From the NCBI GenBank assembly GCA_963820835.1, contig CAWGBP010000014.1:5715-69714 (forward strand): a DNA stretch of 64,000 nucleotides, read 5' to 3'. The position numbers and the translations under genes were made by a program. Of the stretch, positions 32,728 to 41,474 are shown in pieces. The notes below the pieces were generated by a model. The model saw only the letters and a list, made by a program, of their open reading frames with translations, searched no databases and was not told where the DNA came from. Every line of letters starts with the position of its first letter. Position 1 is the first letter of the stretch. This DNA is from Pirellulales bacterium. GTDB lineage: Bacteria; Planctomycetota; Planctomycetia; Pirellulales; JADZDJ01.

Positions 32728-34775
32728 GTGAGTCCCCGAGTTCCACGGCTGATTTTTGCCTGTGCTGCGATTTTGGCAGCGATTCTCGCCGGCCGCGCCG
32801 CAGCCCAACTCGAACCCATCGGCGGCGAAAACCCTTTGCGCAGCGCGCAGAAGCCGACAAGGTGAAAGCCTCCGCTTACTTCACCGTAGCGGCCCCCGGC
32901 AAGCCGGCAATGCTCTACGTAACCGCCGAGATCGCCCCCGACTGGCACATTTATTCGATCACTCAAAAACCGGGCGGGCCGATCAAAACCCGCATTAAGC
33001 TAACTGAATCGAAGGCCTTCAAACTCGCCGGCGAATTCAAGGCCCAGAAAGACCCCACCCTCCACAAATACGCCGACATCTGGCCCGACCTGAAGGTCGA
33101 AGAGCACGAGGGCACAGTCACTTGGGCCGCCCCCATTGAGTTCGCCGCCGATACCGATCTGGCGAAGCTCGAAATCGCCGGCGCCGTCTATGCCCAAGTT
33201 TGCTCCAAAGAGTGCATGCCTCCAAAAGATTACAAATTCGTAGCCCATTTGAAAGCCGCCGATTCGCCCGGTAAATCGGAAGCGCCTGTCCCGGTGCCGA
33301 TACCAGCGCCACCGGCCGGCGGCGCCGGCGAATCGACATCATCGGCCGCGGCCGATGGCTTCGACGAAGCGCTCGTCGCCCAAAACGTGCAAACGCATTA
33401 CACCGCCCTCGAACTCATTGCGGGGGCATTTTTCGGGGGCATGCTACTAAACCTCATGCCCTGCGTTTTCCCGGTGATCGGCCTCAAGATTCTGTCCTTC
33501 GTCGAGCAAAGCCATCACGATCGCCGCCGACTGCTGGTCCTCAACTTATGGTACACGCTCGGCGTGGTTGTCGTATTTCTCGGCCTGGCCGCGGTCGCGG
33601 TTGTACTGAGGACAACTTTCAACATCGATTTCAAATACGGCAATCAAAACGGCATCCAGGGCTACGCCATCGGCATGGCCGCGGTCATGTTCGTCATGGG
33701 TATCAGCCTCTTGGGCGTGTGGGAAATCCCCATTCCCGGTTTCCTCGGCTCCGGAAAATCCGGCGAAATCATGCAGCACGAAGGAGCCGCCGGCGCCGTC
33801 GCCAAAGGCGCTATCACCACCATGCTCGGCGCGTCATGCAGCGCGCCCGTGGTCGCTGTGGCGTTTGCGTTCGCGCTCGATCGCACCACGCCCGTGTTGG
33901 CCACCTTCGCGATCTTCGCCTTGATTGGAGTGGGGATGGCAAGCCCTTATTTGATCTTGGGCTCGAGCCCGCGCTTAATCCGCTTTCTTCCCAAACCGGG
34001 CGCATGGATGGATACATTCAAACACATTTGCGGATTTATCATGCTGGGCGCGATGGTCTGGGTGCTCACTTGGCTAAAGCTGCCCTACGTGGCGCCGACA
34101 GTCGCGTTCCTTGTTGGCCTGTGGGCCGCCTGCTGGTGGGTTGGCCATGTTCCCCTCACCGAGCCGGCCAGCAAGCGATTACGCGCTTGGGGCGAAGCCG
34201 CGGTCTTTTCAGTGGCCGTCGGCTGGTTCGCGTTCGCGTGGCTCGCTCCGGCGATGGAAAATCGCTACGACGAGGCGCTGAACTCTGAAATCGCCAAGCG
34301 TTTCGGGACATCGACGCCAATCGCAGGTAGCACCGCTGCCGGTTTTGCTCAACCTGCCCTGCCAGACAAGGACGATCACACGAGCCGCCTACCGTGGCAG
34401 CCTTTTAGCAAAGATCTGCTCAAGCAGCTCACGCGGGAACATAAAACGGTCATGGTCGATTTCACCGCCGACTGGTGCCCGAATTGCAAAACGCTGGAGA
34501 AATTCGTACTGAACACCGCTGGAGTAAAGGCAGCGGTCGATGGCAATCGAATCGTGCCGCTGGTGGCCGATTACACCGATTTGCCGCAAGAAATCACCGA
34601 CATGCTCACGCTGCTCAAAGCCGGCGCTGTGCCGGTGTTGGCCATCTTCCCCGCCGGCGACCCCAATCACCCCATCGTCTTCCGCGGCGGCTACACGCAG
34701 CAAACGCTGATCGATGCGCTCACTAAAGCCGGCCCCTCCCAATCGGTCGCTGCCGCCGAAACGGCCATGAAGTAG
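32728..34775 (+). CDS. dsbD: DsbD-family thiol:disulfide interchange protein (frameshift near the N-terminus at about 32840)
   Basis: WHIYS, QVCSKECMPP, LNLMPCVFPV, LPKPGAWM, DFTADWCPNCK. Confidence 0.88.
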
Positions 34776-34822
34776 CGGTCGAAAACGCCCCTCGGTAAAC
34801 CTCTACTGCCGGCACTCGCCCA

Positions 34823-35872
34823 TTAAAGAGATTTGGAGTTGCTAGAGCTTTCTTTTCGCAGCATGTCGTCCAAGACGGACTGCAGTTTGCCTGCTGCCAT
34901 GGTCGTAGCCAAGTTTCCCTCGCGATCGATCACAAAAACTGCCGGCACGGCCCGAATGGCCCACTTGCTCGAAAACTCGCTCTCCAAACCTTTTTCCTGA
35001 AAAAACTGCGGCCAGGTAATTTTGTGTTTGGCGACGCAGTCCTTAAACTCAGACTTTGCATCGGGCGAATCCAAGGTTACACCGACAAACTCGACGCCGC
35101 GGTCCTTGTAGTCCGCGCATAACTGGTTGTTCTCGGACATCGATGCAACGCATCCGCCGCACCAAGTGGCCCAGAAATCGACGACGACAATTTTGCCTTT
35201 GAGATTCTTGATCGAGATCGGTTTGCCGCTGATCAAATCGTTAAACGAGAGCTCGAATGGTTTCCCGATTCCGGCCACTTGCACCAGATTGCTCTTGGCG
35301 AGCGTGCCATACATCGTGTCGGTATAAGGTTCCGCAGCGGTGCGCTCGAACGACGGCACTTGATCTTCCAGTCTTTTAGCACTGCGGCCAAAATTAAAGA
35401 GCAACTCCGCTCCGCGTTCGTCCTGAGGCGCTGCCTGAAGAAAATCGTCGACTGCCGCCTTGTCAGACTCAAACGACAATCCCACCCAAGCGCACGATTC
35501 CGCGCGAATATAGAGCAGATCCGCCCGGCGGCCTGAATCGGTCGTTTCCTGCAACATGGGAGCGAGTTCGCCGTCCAGCTCTTTGAGTTGGCCCGCATGC
35601 GCAAAGCTCAGCCAGCGGTCCATCATCAGCTTCCAGACATCGGCGTTTTGCGGGAATTGTTTATACAGAGCCGCGATTCGGGCGTTGCGCTTCTTTTGGA
35701 AGGCCATTATTTGCTCGTTGAACGATTCGCGATAAGCGAAATCGCCCATCCGCGCATCATCAAATTGGGGCTGTGGAATCGCCTCGATCCCGGCGATTTC
35801 TTTGGTCACCGGATCCTTCGAGCAGCCTGCGACGAGCGCCAGTACCGCGCAAACAAAAAGAACCTTCATCAT
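34823..35872 (-). CDS. TlpA-family disulfide reductase lipoprotein
   Basis: Lipobox VAGC; VVDFWATWCGGC; AVPAVFVIDREG. Confidence 0.88.
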   Translation of the reverse strand: MMKVLFVCAVLALVAGCSKDPVTKEIAGIEAIPQPQFDDARMGDFAYRESFNEQIMAFQKKRNARIAALYKQFPQNADVWKLMMDRWLSFAHAGQLKELDGELAPMLQETTDSGRRADLLYIRAESCAWVGLSFESDKAAVDDFLQAAPQDERGAELLFNFGRSAKRLEDQVPSFERTAAEPYTDTMYGTLAKSNLVQVAGIGKPFELSFNDLISGKPISIKNLKGKIVVVDFWATWCGGCVASMSENNQLCADYKDRGVEFVGVTLDSPDAKSEFKDCVAKHKITWPQFFQEKGLESEFSSKWAIRAVPAVFVIDREGNLATTMAAGKLQSVLDDMLRKESSSNSKSL

Positions 35873-36025
35873 TTCACTCCGTTGAAATGCCTCGACGCGA
35901 GCACTGACACTATAAAACCAAATGTCGCTCTTCTGTCAACAACAGTTCAAAAGACGATTAACGCTGACCGCCGGACTGCCCGTGGGCTGTGTTGTTTATC
36001 TCTGCGAGCAAGCCTGGATCATCCC

Positions 36026-36142
36026 AACGCCGCAGGCGATGCATTCCATAGCCCAGGGTCGCGCTAGCGCACCCTGGGATCAAATAATGCGACTACCCGC
36101 ATTACTCCGTACATTTTTGTTATTGGAACCCTGCAAGGGTTC
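36026..36142. repeat. REP-like hairpin cluster downstream of tnpA
   Basis: cgccgcaggcg; cccagggtcgcgctagcgcaccctggg; gaaccctgcaagggttc. Confidence 0.75.
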
Positions 36143-36171
36143 TACAAAATGACGAAGGCATTCGAAATCAT

Positions 36172-36627
36172 TCAATCCCAAACATACCGTTCATCGATCG
36201 GTACGTCATACTTCGCACACAATCGCCGGAACTCATCTTGAAAATTCTCATGGCGATGATGTTCTTCCTGATGGCGAATGTATTCAGTCAGTTGTTCAAC
36301 GTGGCCAGGACTGACGGAAAACGCTCCATAGCCATCTTGCCAATAAAAATCGCCCAACGATGGCTTCTCTTGTTTAATCCATTTCGATGAATCGCGTTTA
36401 AGTTCTCGCAATAGGTCAGCGACGTTGATTTGCTTTCCGAACCTAAACAGCAAATGCACATGATCTTCAACGCCACCGACGATCAACGACGGACAATCCA
36501 AATTCCGCGTGATTCCAGCCAAATACGCGTGGCACTTTGATCGAAGCTCCGCATCCTTGAAAAATGGTCGTCGATACTTAGTCGAGAATACGATGTGCAA
36601 ATAGATTTGCACTAACGATTGGCCCAT
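36172..36627 (-). mobile_element. tnpA: IS200-like / REP-associated HUH (Y1) tyrosine transposase
   Basis: HIVFSTK, EDHVHLL (HUH), WQDGYGAFSVS, YIRHQ, DERYVWD; no tnpB; hairpins on both sides. Confidence 0.9.
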
Positions 36628-36662
36628 GCTCCATCCCTTCCCTTTGCTCGCTGGCACATGTG

Positions 36663-36786
36663 CAACCGCTTCGCGGTTGAAATCCGAAAGGAAAAGAATA
36701 CGTTCTCGCGATCTTCGTTCCCAGGGTGGCATCCCGGCGGCCGGGACTTACCCTGGGCTTTGAAGTTTTGCCCCTGCGGGGCAAAA
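36663..36786. repeat. REP-like hairpin cluster upstream of tnpA (mirror of 36026-36142)
   Basis: caaccgcttcgcggttg; cccagggt...accctgggct; ttttgcccctgcggggcaaaa. Confidence 0.75.
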
Positions 36787-36862
36787 TCCGCGCTTTCCCA
36801 CCTCCGCAGGCATTGCATTCTGAAGCCCATGTCGAAGATTCGCCGCGCCCAGAGTCTCATCT

Positions 36863-37876
36863 CTACTGCGATTCCCGCGCAAGCCTAAAACCAAGCGATA
36901 ACCAGCAATTCGTCGGTCGAGCAGCGGAACGATACGCGCACCGGTTTGCCACGGCTGGAAAGCAGAAGCCTCCTCCGCGATTTGCTCTTCCGTCCGACAT
37001 AGCAGGACCGTACGGATCGTCCTCCCGCGCTTCCTTGTAATAATGCCGGTCATAGTAATCACCACACCACTGCTGAACATTCCCGAGCATGTCGTATAAA
37101 CCGAAAGCATTCGGTCGAAAGCTCCCGACCGGGGCCGTCAACGCAAATCCGTCGTTTGTCTTTTCTGCCAATCGCCTATTCCGATACGCCTTCAATAAGG
37201 CTTGATCGGCAATGTTTGCGATTTCGACAAGCTTGTCCGCGTCGTCCCCGTTATAAAACCGTGTCGTCGTGCCAGCCCGGCAAGCGTATTCCCACTGCGC
37301 CTCGCTTGGCAGGCAATAATTTTTCCCTTCTTTCTTGCTCAGCCAATCGCAAAAGGCCATCGCGTCGTTCCAGCTCACGTTCACGACGGGGTGATTGCTC
37401 GTTTGCCCAGCAAAACCCCAATCCATCGGGGTGCCGCCGCGGTCCCGCCTTGAAACTCTCCCGTCCGCCCCCCAGCGTTCTCCCAGATTGGAATTTTTTT
37501 CCGCGTCGCTTCGGTAATTGGCGTCCTTGCAGAACGTTTGAAACTGCCCAACAGTCACCGGATAGATCGCCAAATAATAAGGCCGGGTCAACCGCACTTT
37601 GTGCAGCAATTCCTTATCGCCATCGTCGCGCCCTACCTCCGTTTCGGGCGATCCCATCATGAATTCGCCCGGTGGAATGAGTACGAATTTCATATCTAAG
37701 GAATTTATGTCGGCGACTTTGCAATCCAGATACGTGGCCCACTCTTGCTGTTTTTCCTTGATCTGCTGCTGGCCGAACGGCACTGTGAGCAATCCCGGCG
37801 GATCGGCCAATGCCCACGATGCGCTCCCTGCAACGCTTGCCAGAAGTGCCACGGCCACAAAAGTGATGCTTCGCAT
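36863..37876 (-). CDS. Secreted formylglycine-generating-enzyme (FGE-sulfatase) domain protein
   Basis: IPPGEFMMGS, HPVVNVSWNDA, LPSEAQWEYACRAG, PNAFGLYDMLGNV, GFRLAR. Confidence 0.92.
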   Translation of the reverse strand: MRSITFVAVALLASVAGSASWALADPPGLLTVPFGQQQIKEKQQEWATYLDCKVADINSLDMKFVLIPPGEFMMGSPETEVGRDDGDKELLHKVRLTRPYYLAIYPVTVGQFQTFCKDANYRSDAEKNSNLGERWGADGRVSRRDRGGTPMDWGFAGQTSNHPVVNVSWNDAMAFCDWLSKKEGKNYCLPSEAQWEYACRAGTTTRFYNGDDADKLVEIANIADQALLKAYRNRRLAEKTNDGFALTAPVGSFRPNAFGLYDMLGNVQQWCGDYYDRHYYKEAREDDPYGPAMSDGRANRGGGFCFPAVANRCAYRSAARPTNCWLSLGFRLARESQ

Positions 37877-37961
37877 AATGATGCCTCGATTCATTGCCGC
37901 AAGGATATCCTGGATGTGGACAACGTTCTACGTGTTAAAAAATTGGCGGCCTAACCCGAAC

Positions 37962-38017
37962 TGAATACTCAGGCAGCCTCTCGATTATTCGGGCAAAACG
38001 TATTTGTCGGCCAAGCC
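37962..38017 (+). repeat. Tripartite repeated site, copy 1
   Basis: Boxes end in CA at 37975, 37995 and 38013, then AGCC; near-direct repeat of 39482-39538. Confidence 0.75.
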
Positions 38018-38078
38018 GTGTCTCACCCGCAATTGCGCCTGAAGTCAAAGAAGCTGAGCCGGCGCCATCAGGTTAAAA

Positions 38079-38097
38079 CCCGCCCATCGGCTACAAT
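38079..38097 (+). promoter_or_regulatory. 19-bp repeated promoter-like motif CCCGCCCATCGGCTACAAT, copy 1
   Basis: Identical at 38841 and 39078; TACAAT 6 nt before an ATG. Confidence 0.75.
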
Positions 38098-38103
38098 GCG
38101 GGC

Positions 38104-38334
38104 ATGAACGCCGCAGAGCTAGTCCGTTTCATGGACGACTACTACCGGATTTCGGTAGCCTTGACGGAATTCAAAATCGTCAATGCCTATCTGGACGATC
38201 CGGTCTTCCCAACCAAAATCGTGTGTGAATGTGCCAACGGCCAGAAGATCGAGCATCTATTCCCAGAAAATGCGCCGACAGAGCTGCGGCTTGAGGTATG
38301 GCAATACTGGGCCAGAATGAAGGGGCTTAAATAG
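38104..38334 (+). CDS. Small hypothetical protein (76 aa)
   Basis: Starts right after the repeated motif and stops right before tripartite site 2. Confidence 0.65.
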   Translation: MNAAELVRFMDDYYRISVALTEFKIVNAYLDDPVFPTKIVCECANGQKIEHLFPENAPTELRLEVWQYWARMKGLK

Positions 38335-38397
38335 GCCGCGCAAGTTTTTGGGCAGAAGTTTTAGTTTTTGGGCAACTCGGAGTTTTTAGGCAAAGCC
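38335..38397 (+). repeat. Tripartite repeated site, copy 2
   Basis: Boxes end at 38354, 38374 and 38392, then AAGCC; last 35 bp identical to 39436-39470. Confidence 0.8.
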
Positions 38398-38399
38398 GC

Positions 38400-38555
38400 A
38401 TGGCCACATTCACTCTCACCTGCCGCCGCTGCAAGACTAAGATGATCGGCCGCGCCACCGAATCGTCTCATGGGACGTGGCTTTGCCCCACTTGCCGTGA
38501 AAAGGAAACGCCACCGCAACCCAAAAAGTTGCTGGCCAAAAAACGCGACCGCTAA
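38400..38555 (+). CDS. 51-aa zinc-ribbon microprotein
   Basis: MATFTLTCRRCKTKM...WLCPTCREK; fills the gap between sites 2 and 3 exactly. Confidence 0.6.
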   Translation: MATFTLTCRRCKTKMIGRATESSHGTWLCPTCREKETPPQPKKLLAKKRDR

Positions 38556-38618
38556 GCCGCGCGAATATTTATACAGAAATCGGATTTTCTGAACAAAACC
38601 GATTATTTATGCAAAGCC
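38556..38618 (+). repeat. Tripartite repeated site, copy 3 (divergent)
   Basis: Boxes end at 38575, 38595 and 38613, then AAGCC. Confidence 0.7.
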
Positions 38619-38630
38619 GGGGAGCAAGCC

Positions 38631-38825
38631 ATGAAAAGACTATTCGCCTTTCGCGACCTATTCTGGCTCGCTCTAGTGATTGCGCTCTCCATTTGTTAGT
38701 GGATGGACCATCGCAGGCTCACTGCTGATTCATTCGACAATTTGCAATTGACCCACGGCAGCGGCCTCCTGCGCATCGATCAGCCCGACGATCAAGCTAA
38801 GCCTTCAGGTGGCGGGTTGTTCTAG
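38631..38825 (+). pseudogene. Small membrane-anchored protein with an in-frame TAG
   Basis: MKRLFAFRDLFWLALVIALSIC*WMDHRR...; GGGGAG RBS; TAG at 38697 (probably from TGG). Confidence 0.5.
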
Positions 38826-38840
38826 TCGCGCGCCGAGTCC

Positions 38841-38859
38841 CCCGCCCATCGGCTACAAT
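38841..38859 (+). promoter_or_regulatory. 19-bp repeated promoter-like motif, copy 2
   Basis: Identical 19-mer, 7 nt before ATG 38867. Confidence 0.75.
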
Positions 38860-38866
38860 CCGGGGT

Positions 38867-39076
38867 ATGGCTCAAAAGATAGGAACCATAATTCAAATTC
38901 TGTCTTTGGTCGTATTGGCGACTTCAGCGACCACATTTTTTGTTTTGCGAGGCTTACCGCTGAGCACTGCCGGGCGGTTACCGAACCTATATTTGATGTT
39001 CGCCGCGATCGGCTGTTGGATCATTGGCAGTATCGTCAAAACAATCTCTAGGGCTCCGCCACCATTCACGAAATAG
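38867..39076 (+). CDS. Small 2-TM membrane protein (69 aa)
   Basis: Two hydrophobic segments; follows the repeated motif. Confidence 0.65.
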   Translation: MAQKIGTIIQILSLVVLATSATTFFVLRGLPLSTAGRLPNLYLMFAAIGCWIIGSIVKTISRAPPPFTK

Positions 39077-39077
39077 C

Positions 39078-39096
39078 CCCGCCCATCGGCTACAAT
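39078..39096 (+). promoter_or_regulatory. 19-bp repeated promoter-like motif, copy 3
   Basis: Identical 19-mer, 6 nt before ATG 39103. Confidence 0.75.
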
Positions 39097-39102
39097 GCGG
39101 AC

Positions 39103-39426
39103 ATGGAAATAAAGCAAGCGCCTACGTCCGGCTCTGAACTACTTGGGCGACTATTTCATACGCTCGCGCGGGCAACGTCAGTCAGCGGCTTTCTTATGGC
39201 GCTGGCACGGTTCATCTACCGTCCGCACCTTGGTTCCAACCACATGGACGACAGATACCTTATTGCCTCCGGGCTGATTGGGCTTGGCATTGATTTGGTT
39301 TTGCTGTCGCTCTTGTTGTGCGCCGTGGCGGCGAGTTGGAACCTAAAGGTCAAGCGACGGATTCGGCCGTATGTCATTCTCGATATTGTGTCGCTTGGAA
39401 TAATGTTCCTCTCGCCACCGACTTAA
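39103..39426 (+). CDS. Small 3-TM membrane protein (107 aa)
   Basis: Three hydrophobic segments; stop abuts site 4. Confidence 0.65.
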   Translation: MEIKQAPTSGSELLGRLFHTLARATSVSGFLMALARFIYRPHLGSNHMDDRYLIASGLIGLGIDLVLLSLLLCAVAASWNLKVKRRIRPYVILDIVSLGIMFLSPPT

Positions 39427-39427
39427 T

Positions 39428-39470
39428 GCCGCTTGAGTTTTTGGGCAACTCGGAGTTTTTAGGCAAAGCC
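39428..39470 (+). repeat. Repeated site, copy 4 (two boxes)
   Basis: agtttttgggcaactcggagtttttaggcaaagcc identical to 38363-38397. Confidence 0.8.
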
Positions 39471-39481
39471 CGAGCGCACCC

Positions 39482-39538
39482 TGATTATTCGGGCAGCCGC
39501 GCCATTATTCGGGCAAAACGGATTTATCGGGCAAAGCC
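39482..39538 (+). repeat. Tripartite repeated site, copy 5
   Basis: Boxes end at 39495, 39515 and 39533, then AAGCC. Confidence 0.78.
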
Positions 39539-39540
39539 CC

Positions 39541-39569
39541 TTGACAAATGTTCATGTGTACACTACCAT
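39541..39569 (+). promoter_or_regulatory. Sigma70-type promoter with a palindromic operator in the spacer
   Basis: TTGACA-17 bp-TACCAT; TGTTC-ATGT-GTACA at 39549-39562. Confidence 0.5.
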
Positions 39570-39981
39570 AAATTCGCGACTGCGGCATTCCGCAGTTCGA
39601 TCTTTGGCAATTGATAAAGGTTCTCACCACAATCGCCCCGGCGGCCAGCTTGCGCTGGGCTGAATTTACGCGCCGAGGCCAACTCGTTTTGTCCGCGGCG
39701 TGTGCCATTCGCAAGCTGCGATCTCGAATGACTTTACGATTGACGGCCCGACGCACAAATCGAGTCGCGATTGACAGAATGCTCCGACATTTGTCTCTCG
39801 CCGACCTCTGAGCTTTCTGAATTCGCGGCTTCCGCACGCGACATTCGCGGACAAAATGGCAGAGTTTTGCCCGGAAATAAAAATCCCAGGCAAAATGCCG
39901 CCGTCCTGCGGCAAATGATCCGAGAAATCTGCATCGCACCATCGCAGATTTGTCTTTTTGTCACTGCGCCCCGGGGCGGCC

Positions 39982-41045
39982 CTACTCCCACACCGCACCA
40001 CTCGGCCCCTTCGACAATCTGCCCGATCGGCCAGCTTTCGCAGCCGCAGTTAGCAAGCTGCTCTCGAATGCTTTCGGCATAGTACGGACTGACGACCAGC
40101 ACTAGGCCGAGGCCTTGATTGAAGACTTGATCCATTTCGGCCTGATCGACCTCACCCAATTTTTGCATCCATGTGAAAACTGGCGGCACTGGCCAAGAGC
40201 CGCGTCGAATGATGGCGCGACGATTTTCCGGAATGATCCGCCCCAGGTTCTCTAACAACCCGCCGCCAGTGATGTGTGCAATGCCATGCACAACTTCTTT
40301 GACCGTGTAGTGGCTCAAAATCTCGCGTACCGCTTGGCATAAATATGCGTGGGCTCAGCAAGCACGTCGCCAACCGGGCCGCCAAGTTCATCGACCACGT
40401 CGCTCGGGCTTGAACCCAGCAATCTCGAACACGATCTTTCGCGCCAGGCTGTAGCCGTTGGAGTGCAACCCGCTGGAGGCCACGCCGATGACCACATCAT
40501 CCGCGGCAATCGCCCGGCCGTCGATGATTTTCTTGCGTTCGACCACCCCGACGCAGAACCCGGCCAGGTCGTAGTCGCCGCGCTGGTACAAGATCGGGCA
40601 TGATGGCGGTTTCGCCCCCCAAAAGCGCGCAATCGGCCTCAACGCAACCGTTGCTAATGCCTGTGACGATTTGCTCCAAAAGCGGCGGATCGTCGTGCGA
40701 CATGGCCACGTAATCGAGGAAAAAAAGCGGCTCCGCCCCGCAGCACAAGGCGTCGTTCACGCTCATCGCCACCAGATCGATGCCCACCGTATCATGCCGC
40801 CCGCAAAGTTGGGCCACTTTCAGCTTGGTGCCCACGCCATCGGTGCAGCTTACCAAAACAGGGTCTTCATACTTTCGAGCGAACAGATGATTCGCGAAAT
40901 CGAGTTGAAACAAGCCCGCAAATCCGCCGTCGAGCGGAATCACCCGAGGCGTAAAGGTGCGGTGCAAAAGCGGAGGCAGCCGACCCATGCTCTGGCGATA
41001 GAGTTCCAGATCGACTCCGGCGTCTTTGTAGGTGGCCTTAGCCAT
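39982..41045 (-). CDS. purM: Phosphoribosylformylglycinamidine cyclo-ligase (AIR synthetase), several frameshifts
   Basis: [49 protein letters not shown]. Confidence 0.93.
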
Positions 41046-41474
41046 GCAGCTTCCCAAGTGGTGGCGGCGAGCCGCGATTTTAAGTTGCGCCAGTGCCACC
41101 TCGCTAGGGGCGACCGCGAATTACGTCGATTCGTTCGCCCGCTCAATGAGCGAAAGATTTCCAATCCGCAATCGGCAAATGAGAATATCCGCCGCAGTTG
41201 CCGTAGCTACCCTGGGAACCGTCCACTTTTTCCCCCCTCCGGCAAACTCGCCGCATGCTGTTCGACCGGCGGGAATCTGGTATTCTCTGAAAACGAAACA
41301 ACAGTGACGAGCCAACCGATTTTTTGCCTTTCGAGGTGAAGTTTTTTAAACTCGCGGCTGCCGCGCCGCAATCAAGTGGTATGTTACTTGGGCAGTCGGT
41401 TCACAACGACTGGCTTCCGGTAACTTCCACCAGCGTCAATCTCGCCGGCGCTGGCCTTGTCGAGGATGGAAGCC

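Noticed and set aside
36863-37000. C-terminus of the FGE-domain protein as a diversity-generating retroelement variable region
   Set aside because: No template repeat and no reverse transcriptase in the window; a remote DGR cannot be excluded.
37962-39538. Repeats read as a CRISPR array or integron attC sites
   Set aside because: The intervals are gene-sized and irregular, there are no cas or intI genes, and the sites lack the RYYYAAC...GTTRRRY palindromic attC structure.
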